From the NCBI GenBank assembly GCA_040954595.2, contig CM082578.2:5314831-5378830 (forward strand): DNA of 64,000 nucleotides. Reading direction: 5' to 3'. Under the pieces are notes generated by a model. The model worked only from the letters and a program-made list of their open reading frames with translations, searched no databases and was not told the DNA's origin. Below are positions 25,715 through 38,400 of this stretch, one piece after another. The translations under genes were made by a program, and so were the position numbers. This stretch comes from Balanoglossus misakiensis (taxonomy: Eukaryota > Animalia > Hemichordata). Numbering within the stretch: the stretch's first letter is position 1; the number at the start of each line of letters is the position of its first letter.

Positions 25715-26802
25715 GTTGACAACGTTGTGGTCTATTCATGGTATTTCAGCCAGCCAGCTACCTGTACCACATAAAGAAAATATAATTGCAAAGGAACATT
25801 TTTTTTAAACTCAAAAGGCATGAAAGAGAGATTTTATACTTTCCCAAGAACGTCCTAATGTAATGCAAATTGTGTTTCGGGTAGAGTGTTTCAGTGTAGC
25901 ACCTGCGGAGATTTGTTGATGTGAACACCCAGTTGTGTAAAGAATGGGTGTGTCATCACCACCGTACAAGTTTTTCTTTGTTCTGAATTAATCAGACATC
26001 GAAGATGACATCATGACCGCAACCGTATTACAGACACAACAACAGAAATCTTAAATCATGCAATTAATGTTTCCCTTTACCACCGTCAATGAAAAAAAAC
26101 ACAATCATTTCCTGAATGCACGAAGTGTACTTATTGGGACATGGATTTCCTGCACTTGACAGTCACGGTTGCCATTGTGAGAGCCACAAACATAACTACT
26201 AGTATGTACATGTATATATGGTAAACATTCGTCCATGTCTGTGTCTCAAATCACGTTTGAATGTTATACTTTGCTTAACTTTGTATGTGTGATGCTAAAA
26301 TCTTTCGAACTCCATGCGACCTTGTGAGGATTCGCGTCGCCAGACAATTGATGGACATTCTCATATGACAAAGGACATGGCCCATCGTATTAAACGGCAC
26401 AGTACGTAGTCATAATTTTGTTAAATTCTAGACTGCTCCTATTCTAGTTTCATACAGAGCTTGACACGTCTTACTTCGGTTAGCAGCCCGTCGATCATAC
26501 CAGAATGATTTCTACAGTTCTTCTAACACGTAAACACAAATATGCCGATGACTGGTCTCCCACTGTAGTGACGAGAAGCTACTGATTCCAACTGACGGCC
26601 TGTACACTGTTGAACAATAACCTGTTGTTGCGTTGACAGTTTGGTGAGTATGGAAATTGGGCCAAACGTTTAAGAGAGCAAAGTCGAAGGTCGGTCTATT
26701 TTCTTAACCGAACGTCAGCAGAATAACCCAATGTGATTATGACCCGGTGAAATGAGGCAAGTCATGACCCAAGAATGACTCAACTGTTTACACTCGCCGA
26801 TG

Positions 26803-28169
26803 TAGTCTCGGTTACCCAGACCCCCCTGCTTCTTCCGTTGGGCACTCCAGAAAGAGGGTCTGGGGAAACCCCATAGACAAATCTCCGGGCAAAGATGGCC
26901 GACTTGAGACTCAGATGTAGGGAACGGCGACTTGGTTTTTTTATGCTGTCGCCTCACACTACATCTGACCAACTCTCAATGGAGATCTCGCTGAACTCCG
27001 CGAGAATTACTGGGATTCTAATCCAATCAGAAGGCGCCTTATAGCAAATGATAGGCAACCCACAATCACATGACCTGGCCCCTTGCGGTTGTTACCATGG
27101 AGCTACCACAGACATATATCCCGGGCGCGAGAGTCGAATCAGCGTGGGGAATGGTTTCGAGCCAGTTCAGCGTGACGACTGAACCTCTATATTCCACCGG
27201 TCAACGAAATGTGGCAACAAGTCGCAGTAAAATTGTTAGAGAATCGATTACATTTGTGTAAGGCCGTCCCAGGGAGAGATTCTGTCGCCACGATCGTTTG
27301 AGAGTGCACTGACTAGCTCTGCGTGCAGGTCTGTGTGTTCCCGGCGTTACACGGACGTTAGAAGAAGTTAATCGCATCATATTTGGGGTCGGTTGAAGTA
27401 GACAGGGAAAGGATTTTGCTTCGATAAAATCGAATTTCGACAGAAAAAGCTGCGGTCGGGCGTCCGGGTCCGGACCGCAGACGCACCAGTTTTGTCTATG
27501 GGGCCTTATGCAGGGCTGTGGTGCGTCGGGAACACCCAGACCTGAAGGCGGAGCTATGACTTGACATTCCTTAGCCGAAGTTAGCGTTCTTTTTAAAAAT
27601 CTGTCACATAAATTGTTTTGGGATACATGACAGTGAAATTTGGTTTATTTTTTTATAAACTTTTACATGAAGTACGTCATTTTCCCGACTGGCAGCATGA
27701 CTACGAGGGCGAACATGACTTGTTAGGAGAGTTTATAAATGATCAACGACAGTTCATCATTTGTATATGGCTACAGCTCGACGTTTCCACTGCTCTGCGA
27801 AAACCACTCGAATACGATGACGCCAAACAAAGAAAGATATCATGGGATTACATGTAATTGTTCACAAGAGAAAGCCAATCTTTCGTATTCTGTGCGATAC
27901 TCGAAGTCACAACAACATTTCTCCTATCTCCCAGTGCAATTCTTTAGTCGGCATAACACGCAATCTGATTGGCCGGGTCGGAACGCGAGAGTTCAGCGGG
28001 ATCTCCATTGAGAGTTGTTCAGATGTAGTGTGAGGCGACAGCATAAAAAAACCAAGTCGCCGTTCCCTACATCTGAGTCTCAAGTCGGCCATCTTTGCCC
28101 GGAGATTTGTCTATGGGGTTTCCCCAGACCCTCTTTCTGGAGTGCCCAACGGAAGAAGCAGGGGGGTCG
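26803..28169. mobile_element. Academ-like non-autonomous element with long inverted repeats; right terminus truncated
   Basis: Left end TAGTCTCGGTTACCCAGACC; ~26819-27075 is an inverted match to ~27900-28169. Confidence 0.7.
27314..27556. mobile_element. Small nested Academ-like MITE
   Basis: TAGCTC...GAGCTA termini, imperfect TIRs, 4-bp TSD TGAC on both sides. Confidence 0.6.
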
Positions 28170-29457
28170 ACCGTGCGGATCATAATCCAGTCAGTCAAGT
28201 CAGCGCCAGTCCGGCGTGGTACACATAATGTAACTTTCCAAATTTATGATCGTGTTTTATTTCTATGATCACATTCTGTTCAAAAACGGTTTTTTTCGAG
28301 CCTTTACTGTCAACAAGACGCGCATTTGAGTGAGCTGTTAATTTCCAGAATGCCGCACTCTGATTGGTCGACTTAGTAGCCACTAGAGGGCAGCGTTCAT
28401 GAGTCGCCCCCACCCTGTATCTTAACGAGGTTTTGTGAAATGGATTTAGTCCCTTATATTAGGAAGACGAAATGACAGTTTATTACACGCATGACACTCT
28501 GTGTTATTACCAAAACCAAGAGTTGACGACGGACACGTTTTCGATCTCTATTTTGTAAAGTGACAAGCATGCGTTGTCTTGATTATTTCCATATTACATG
28601 TAGGCCTACGTGGAAGGATTCAAATCCACTTGAAGTGTCCCCAGAAGGTGGAAATCCTCAACTAAATTAAGGATTCTGTAATGTAAAGCTATAAAACAAA
28701 GAGATACGGGAAAGGAGAAATTAACAAAGATATTAATTACAGAAACGGTATGTAGGCCTAATAGTGAAAATAACGGGAATGTTATATTTTGACGGATAGT
28801 TGGAATAACGCCGAACTCACAAGATGAGCCGCTGGTTATTGTGAGATGGCGTGTTATTCACACCTGGTTATTTGATGTGCCTCGCATATGAACGTCTGTA
28901 TTGATTATTATGCACACTGTATTACCTTTATTCAATGTCATAAACGGGGAGAGGGTGTAGTTTTTTGACGAAGCTCAGAAGAAGCGTACAAGTATAAGCG
29001 TCCTCAGGAGCTGAAAATTCTGTGTCACAGTGCCACCAAGGATACATTGAACGTCGAAACAAAATGGTCTATGGTAGTATGATATGAGATTTAAAACTCG
29101 CCCAAAATGAATAAATGGTAGAGACCGATTATTCATTTTGGTGAGTTTTTTTTTCACTATCGTGTCTACAAGTGGGATGGAAGGTGTGTGTGGTTGAACG
29201 TTCATCCACTATATATCCACATGTTATGTACATTAACATAAACGGTGTCTTGTCATCAAACATAATTAATGGAAAAAGGGCAGCGAGAGAGAGACTTTGT
29301 CCCTTTAAGAGATTAGAAGCGGATAACACTGTCACGACTAGCAAACACGGCACCAGATACATGTATATAGGATTTCGTTTTATCCGAGCAATCACAGTCA
29401 AGATCTCACATTCCATACAGAAACATGAAGCATCCCGCTGTTCCTGTCGTGCGCTCA

Positions 29458-32400
29458 ATGGACGAGAAGAGTTTCAAGTTCATCTTGAATGTCGGAGTGA
29501 TTTTGTTGTACCTGTTGGTAAGCCCAGCAGGGGGCGGTGAGTTATGCAACTTTTGCAGAATTATTGCGATTGCCGTAATTATTATAGCACAATTGTTGGC
29601 CGCTGTTCAGTGAACGTTTTCACAGATAACACGATGAATACGACCATCGTGTACGCTGCTATGGACACGGAAAGTAGCAGGATTTTAGCAGGATTAGACA
29701 TTTGTGTAAGGCATGGGAATGAAAATCTACCATATGCACCTGCCATCAAGACGTGTCACATTTTGGTCATAATTAAAAACACCTGACAGGTGTTTGGTTG
29801 TGTTGATTCAATACCGATCCGACATCCGCATACCAGTCAGCGTGTCTGCAATCCTCGGGATGCAGCGACGTGCGATGTCATCTGTTGTTGTTTTGTTTGT
29901 TTTAAAACATGGAACAAGATGGCAATGCATATAAAATTCATAGTTTGGGGATACAAACTTGAACAGTGTGAATTAACCTCAGAGTAAGTGTGTAACATTC
30001 CTCTAAAATTCGCTCATGAGTTAGAATGTGAGGCAACCGTGATATGAGAGGCCGCTGTCCCATTGCTTCCCAGTGCAGTGGTAAACCCTGTCATGTTTAC
30101 ATTCGCGAACAATGCCAACAGAGGGCGTATGTCACATACTTCAGTTTCCCCGAAGAGAAACACAATGCTAAGCAACTAAACAGAGACAGGTAATACATCA
30201 TGAATACAAAACAATCAGACTAGATTTGCCTTTGTACTATCGTGATTCGTGCATCCGTCTACATTGGCATTTATCGTCAAAAGACAATGTGAAGAACGTC
30301 AAGTAAACTTTGAACCTACGCTTTATTCTCATGCGATGGGTGTACATGTATTTAGAACTTTGAACTAAAGGCAGAAATATTGCCAATCGTATTTTTGGGG
30401 CAAAGAAATCGATTCGTTGCGCCAAGTTTATGACGACGCAATCCTAGTTTAGTGCAACGTCACAATCAGAACCAAGTTTCTGAGGAATATATTCAGTCTC
30501 ACAATCCCTATGGAAGCAATCTTTTCTATAAAAAAAATTCCCTTAGGCTGCATTCACAAACACCTCTGGAGGGGGGGGGGGGGCAGGAGAATTGAGGGGG
30601 GGGGGGATTTGAAAAAATTGAGGGTATGTAAAGGGGGGATTTGAAATAATTTAGGGACTGAAAAGGGGGGACTTGAAAACTTTGACGACTAAATATTTAT
30701 TTTGAGTCCATAAAAATGCAGTTTCGCGCCCTTTATTTTACAAAATTTTCTAATGTGGGAGGGGGACACCCCCTCCCACACCCACCCCCTCCATTCATCA
30801 ACACCTTTCAATCATTGACTGGTTTATCTAGTGTTCCAGGTCAGGGGACTTGCCCCCACCCAATGATAACTTTGAGCGGCAATGGTTAAATTTGTCCTCT
30901 CCAACATACCGGTAGTTGAGTTAATTTGCTTTTGCCGGGTTCATTAAAATGCAGCTTTGAGCTCTGTATTTTATAAAATTTTCTTACGTGGGAGGGGGAC
31001 ACCTCTTCCCAAACCCACCCCCTTCAATTCTCGGTTTACAATGTCTCCCAACACAGAATACAAATACTTAAAAAATAAAAACAATGTTCAGTTTTAATAC
31101 CCACTGATGAGGGGAAACATCAGTTTCAAATTCTTTTCATGGGAGCGCTATTTTTCTGTTTTACAAGATAGATAGGTGATGTGTTTTGCTCTGTGAAAGA
31201 AAATGGGGGGGGGGGGGATTTCAAAATTTTGGCAGTTCGGAAGGGGGGGATTTGAAAATATTTCGGGTTGTTGAGGGGGGCATGTGAAAATTAACGGTTA
31301 AAAAAATGAAAGGGGGGACTTGAAAACTTTGACGACTAAACATTTATTTTGAGTCCATAAAAATGCAGTTTCGCGCCCTTTATTTTACAAAATTTTCTAA
31401 TGTGGGAGGGGGACACCCCCTCCCACACCCACCCCCTCCATTCATCAACACCTTTCAATCATTGACTGGTTTATCTAGTGTTCCAGGTCAGGGGACTTGC
31501 CCCCACCCAATGATAACTTTGAGCGGCGATGGTTAAATTTGTCCTCTCCAACATACCGGTAGTTGAGTTAATTTGCTTTTGCCGGGTTCATTAAAATGCA
31601 GCTTTGAGCTCTGTATTTTATAAAATTTTCTTACGTGGGAGGGGGACACCTCTTCCCAAACCCACCCCCTTCAATTCTCGGTTTACAATGTCTCCCAACA
31701 CAGAATACAAATACTTAAAAAATAAAAACAATGTTCAGTTTTAATACCCACTGATGAGGGGAAACATCAGTTTCAAATTCTTTTCATGGGAGCGCTATTT
31801 TTCTGTTTTACAAGATAGATAGGTGATGTGTTTTGCTCTGTGAAAGAAAATGGGGGGGGGATTTCAAAATTTTGGCAGTTCGGAAGGGGGGGATTTGAAA
31901 ATATTTCGGGTTGTTGAGGGGGGCATGTGAAAATTAACGGTTAAAAAAATGAATTCTCCCGCCCCCCCCCTCCAGAGGTGTTTGTGAATGCAGCCTTATT
32001 TTAGTATTTTGTAATGTACCGCGCAGGATCGGATCGGGTATAGCCATGATAACTTTGCTGAAGGCCACAGCGTGCGTGTGTCGGTACGCACGTACAAAAC
32101 AGACAGATATCAAATAAACAAGCTTGTAGGTCCAGCTCCACTCACAATGGTTAAAATCATGTTATGCTTTCCTTAGTTACTGTAGTATTTTATTGAAGTA
32201 GAGACAATATTCAAGGTATTCGCGAAAATGTCTGAGAACCCCATATTTTTCAACCTTACATAAGCTTTACATGAAGAATTTTTCAGTAGTCCTATACGAT
32301 GTATATTAATTTAAAAATGCAACGTCCTTATTGAAGCAACACAATATTCGGTTTATGCTGCACCAACAGTGACACCGCTCCCGATGCCGTCATTCACCAG

Positions 32401-35400
32401 TGGATGGTTACCAGTCCAGTCCCAAGCCGGTGACAACTCATTTATGTCCATACCGCACTACTTAAACGAATTGCCAATCTTTGTTCAGGTAACGTTGATA
32501 TACTTATATATAACACACTATGCTGCTTTCTGGAAAAGGATAATTGACACAGATTTATGGTGTTTTTTGTCAATTCTCATCGACAAGAATATTTGCCGTG
32601 AGAAATACTACTGAGCCAACACTTATAAGCTTGCGAGAGTGACCGGAGTGACCATGGTCAGCTGGTGTGTGCAAGAGAGATTCGTAAACTGGACGTCATG
32701 ACTTTTTTAATTAGAAATTCGCACTTTTTCCAAACCTCGTGAGTATATTCAGATCCTGTGTTGCTTTACTCGTATTATTACTCTGTGTGGCAGTAGATGC
32801 CTAGACTGTCGACAGTCCCTCGCGCCTAATGTGTATCGATTCGGCGTTTCGTGCGAGGCCCGTAAGGCCCGTATCTTTTGAGGGCCGAAGGCCCGATTCG
32901 GCGTTTCGAGGTGCGATGGCCGTAAGGCCCGAGGGACTGTTATACCTTGTTTCGCCCTCACGCGGGCACTGTGGGAAAATGCCCCTGTAAAATGATTGAC
33001 AGTTAATACGTCATAACTCATTGACCAATCATATTGTCACGCAGTATCAATTTACGCCCCTATATGCAAATTTTACTACGTCATTTTCTGCATGCATAAT
33101 TAATATCAAGGCAAGGCTTGCAAGCTATAACAGTCCCTCGGGCCTTACGGCCCTCGCACCACGAAACGCCGAATCGGGCCTTCGGCCCTCGCACGAAACG
33201 CCGAATCAATACACATTAGGCGCGAGGGACTGTCGACAGTCTATAGATGCCAACTGAACAGAGTTACTACCGTTTTCGAAATACCTTGGAAATTCTTTGT
33301 GTTCGAGTGTTACAATAAACGTCTCCCATGATAAGAAAAAAACGACCGCACTGTGTTTATTTTGCAACAAAGTTACCGTTTCAAACGTTCGTAATCCCAC
33401 TGTGAGATTGTCTGTAGTCTACTCTGAACCTTGAGGATGTTTTGTACTGACAACCAAGGAAACTTCCTAATGATGAAGAGCAATATATCGAGTATTTAAA
33501 ACGACAAACTCTTTCGATTTCATACGAAGAAATTCAACAAAAATTGGCGGAATTTTCGCAAGCAGACGTGTGGCCTACTGTATAATGATCTGACTTTGGT
33601 GTATTTTCAGGTCCTTACCCGCGCCGTTGATGGGCCAAATGTCGGTTTAATATTTCATGGCGCAGGGTCCGCGCAACTTGATGATGACATCGACGAGGAC
33701 TATGGGGGCGTAATTTACAGTTACAACGAACATAACGTTCGACTATGGCTACCAACTCAAAGTAACAACTTTGCCCGTGGTTGCGCTATTAACACAGGTA
33801 ATGTGAGTTCTGAAGAGTAGGATTTAACTTTTAATGTTGATTTTAGTAACCGATGTCCACGTAGTATTAAAAGTGAACACAAAATCGAGCCGTAGTATAC
33901 TTCCCAATCGACCGGATTGGTATTGTTCGTAAAACGGTAGTGCGTCTATGGATGTAACATCCGCGCGCATCTGATTTCATTTTTAACCAATCAGGTGGTC
34001 AGCTGTGGGGCACGCCTCATTACCAATGCAGTAACAGTGCCGAGGTCAAAGTTGACGCCTGGCTGGGTGACAATTTCCCTGTACCAGAATACACCTCTGA
34101 TTGGTTTCCATTCAGTGCACGTGATGGCGACAAATCGTTCAAAGAAATCGACCATGCTCTCCAAAAGCAGCCGTCGCTGGTACGAGTTCAGTATCAAGAC
34201 CAGAATCCAGCAGCGGATTTTAACGGATACACATATGATGGTTACGGTGAGTTACACATTTCATGATGACATTATCTGGTTAAACATTCTACCGCATAGG
34301 CCTACATGTAATTATAGGCGTGGGATTGTCTCCGTAATTTTGGTTTCAGCCATTATATACACCCTTTTCCTAAGTCTAGCGCCCTCATGCAACTATTATG
34401 AATATTAACTAAAAGCGAGGCCAACGGGGCAAAGCCATTGACCGATCAAGTGGTTTTCCCCGTTGGCCTCGTTTTGAGTTCAAATTCCTGATGGTTGCGT
34501 GAGGGCGCTAGATTTATGAAAAGGGTATATTGAGAAAAGTATTGCCGGTCGATATTTCCTACTTTCTTGACTGTCCAAACTGTAGTTTGTCGGGTAAAAT
34601 ATAGTATGAGCCCGATTTTTTGTTCAACATTTTTCTGCTTCTGAGGTGGGGGGGGGGGGTGTCGTCAAACATTAATTATTAAATATTACATTGGCACATT
34701 GCTGCAGGCGTGAGCAACATTGCCTAATGTTATACATGTACAACTATAGTTACTTTGAGATTTACATTGTAATACAATGGGTGTTTCCGCGTATGGTTTA
34801 TAGAGATTTCAATTTCAGAAGGTGTGGATGTAAATATAGAAATAAAAGACGTCAGATGTAGACCTAAAAGTTTATATTTACTTTTGTTTTCATTTGCTCG
34901 ACGTTATAGGTGCCGCGCAATCCGGAGACGATCTCGATTGGAGAGGCCACGGTGGAATTGTGTATTCATTTAATGAATATTCTGTGCGAATGTGGGCACC
35001 ATCAATAAATGATCAGACTGTGGTTGATAGATACGCCGGTTAGTAAATATTATTGTACATATAGGTGTTTTTCCGCACGGTTGTATCTTCAACGGATTTT
35101 ACTTCTATTTATGGTGTAGAAAATTAAAGGGTACCTGTAGGCGGAGCACCTTTCTTTGTGTTTGTATACGATAAATCTGAAAATATTTTATTGCCATGCA
35201 TTACATGTTGTGTGCTGCACTTAATAATACACTTTTTTTTTTAATTCTGCATATTTCCAACAGGCCATCTTTTTGTTGGTAATGATGGTTGGGGTAATGG
35301 ACTTTACGGTAACGCATTCGTTGATGGCATGGTTAAGGTCTTTGTGTGGACTGACAGCTTCCCGACGCCCTATGAAATTAGCGGCGAGATGGGATATGGA

Positions 35401-38400
35401 AACGGTGTAGAAAATTATTGGGAGATACCGGTACCTGTGGGTATGACACCGGAATTTGTGTTTGTTGAGGTAAAGCCTGCTTGCCTGTCCGCCTGTCTAA
35501 CAATGTATGGATGTATTTTTGTATGTCTGTGTGTGTGTGTGTGTGTGTGTCCGTCCGTCCGTCTGTCTGTCCGTCTGTCTGTCTAGCTATCTTGTTATCT
35601 GAGTTGGGGTGAACCTCGTCTATAACATCAAACCAATAGAATCATATTTCTTCACTGCATTATGACAACCATCAACACGTTTGTAAACGTCGACAAAATA
35701 AGAGAACGTAAATGACTTTGTGACAAGATTGTGGCCATTGATGTACTTTTCCAATTTCGCAATATCCACAAATGAGCAAATTCTTATTACAGGTGAAAGC
35801 AAAAGACGGACCCAATACAGGTTTTACATTTTATGGAATGGGAGTGCAACAAAGCCGCCTTAACGCAAACTACGGCGGTCTCATCTACGGCTACAATGCC
35901 AGCCATATACGCATGTGGTCACCAGACACATCTTATGGCGGTATAGTGAATGTCATCGACGGATGGGGAGGAGAGACCTACGCCCAAACTTCCCAAACTG
36001 CTGACGTCACTGTCAAGATGTGGCAAACTGAGGCAACTGGTCAGTATGAGTGTTACGAAGATTCGTGATGAACGTAAAATGTACCGAAATATGTTTTTGG
36101 AAACACGCCAATTCTCTCTCAATTGTTTATGTTTAGACCCGTGCCATGAAAGCAACCACATAGAAATAGACAACCGATACAGAAGTTCAACGTTCAGCTC
36201 GAGCCACTTCTCTGACGTGTCTCAGCTAATATGTGACAACGACACAAGGATAGCGTGGTATCGATTTACAAGTGAAGCTGGGGGCGAAATACCGACATCT
36301 TGTGTTGATGAAGGAATGTGTGGAACTCAGTATCCCGTATGGATTGATGGAGCAATTCCCGAGGACGGTGTCAGTACTGTGAGAGCATGCATCAACAAGG
36401 GTAGGATTTTTAAAGGATTGTGTCTATGTTTTATGTGTCAATGTAATACAGCTGAACCAACCGAATTTAAGGACCATGCACTACATTTATATTTGGTGCA
36501 AAATTGCACCATAGTCGCTGGTTAATTGCTCAGTCATGTGAAGTGTCAATACTTATATTCATAATCTTAATCACTGAAAATGTGTTTTATTTAAATAATA
36601 ACACATGATAGCGAGGGCAATATCACGATTTGAAGCCTGCACGAGGGATGGTGATCTCTGACTACAATATTGATGATGCCCGAGCCGCAGGCGAGGGTAT
36701 CATCAATATTGTGGTCAGAGATCACCAGCCCGAGGGCAGGCTTCAAATCGTGATGTTGCCCGAGCATCATGTGTTATTAATTTTATTACGCCGAACATTT
36801 GAACGTACATACAAGGCAGGCATAGAAGAACGAAGACGCGCGTCCATATGTCGTACGTTGCTGAGAATGTAAAATGTCTCGATCTCCCAAGAATTATACG
36901 ATACCTACTTCGAACTTAGATTATTTGGAAAATACTGCACTGTTGGTTGCGATTTTGTTGTATTTACTGTCCGTTTGTGGTAAAATATCGTCCAGTTGAA
37001 CAGGTGTTAAGCCTATGTGTCGCTTTGAAGCCATAGATGCGGGAGTTGACTGATCGTGGAGGAAGCCATTGAACGACAGTTTGGAACGCGCAGAAGTCGC
37101 GCGCAGAACACAAAACAACCCAGCGGGCAATATCAGCGCACGCGACAGGGCTTTATCAACTCTAGCCATGTTATATCACTTTTTTTTCTATATCACGTGC
37201 GCGCGTCTCAGCCAATCACGAATATGGTATAATACGTGAGGTGTAATAAATTATTTTATTCATTTATTAGGTGCATGCTGTGATGATACTGTATATATCA
37301 AAGTCAAAAGGTGTTCAGACTACATAGTGTTTGAATTGAAACCATTGTTACCATGTCCAACGGCGTACTGTGCAGGTATTCCCAAAGGATATTTACTTTT
37401 CAAATATTTCATGTATTTTTAGAAGAATGTTATAGTCCCCTTAACCTTCCAACTTGTTCGTATGTGGTAGAGTTTGAGAAGTTTTGTTGAAAACAAAGAC
37501 GAAAACGTCATTTCCCCATGAAAATCGCCACTGTACATATTCTCCAGACATTGGCGGCCATTTTGAATTTGCGGCAATGTTGCTCTCTCATTCAAAATTT
37601 GTGTGGGAAGTAAACCACCACGATTAAAGCCCTCTAACTTCCTATTTCTGAACAGGAGATAGAGAGCCTTGTCCTCCGGGTCAGCGTTCACCAACAGGGG
37701 ATTTCCAACCTGACTGCACAGGTAAGCGCTTCCTTTTCTAAGACAATTTCCCGGGGTTCTTTTTTACCGGTCAGCTGATTTCTCTTGAAACACATGCATT
37801 TTATTTCACAGATAAATGCTCGTTGATTATGAAACACAAACCGTTTTCTTTCAGATGTGTTTCCCCAGTTGGAATCACCGCCTCTGCTGGAACACAAGTT
37901 TGATGACAATATCGCCTACTTTGAATGCAGTTTTGAATTTCCCATGTGGCAGAACACTTCGTATTTAGTAGACTGGTATCTCGACGAGAATCGTGTAAAC
38001 TACAAATACCTCAGTTATAAAGAGAGAAGCGACAAACTGATGGAAAATGAATATAAACTTGGATCAACCGTAAGTAAATCCCACCAACTGACAAGGAAAT
38101 GTAGCGTCATCATATTTTCTATTCCAAATTGGTGGTTTGGTTTTCAGCTGCTGTAAACCACGACTGCACGGTTATGAGGCCAAAAAAATAATATGTGCTG
38201 TTCCGATTACATGGTTTTCAAAAATAGGGTAGATGGGTAGGGAAATCTTTTTACTTTGCATTTTTGTTTATTTCTCTGGTAGTGTAGAAGAATGACGTCA
38301 TAGTTCTTGCGTGATGCGCGCGATACGGTCATAATTCTAATTCGCGCAATTTTCATAAATGTGTATATTTGTCATCGTTATTTTTACTTCCGGGTATATG

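Noticed and set aside
32027-32083. Possible extra small exon or ATG for the VWDE-like gene
   Set aside because: It has AG/GT boundaries, but the frame compatible with the phase-1 exon at 32370 contains a stop.
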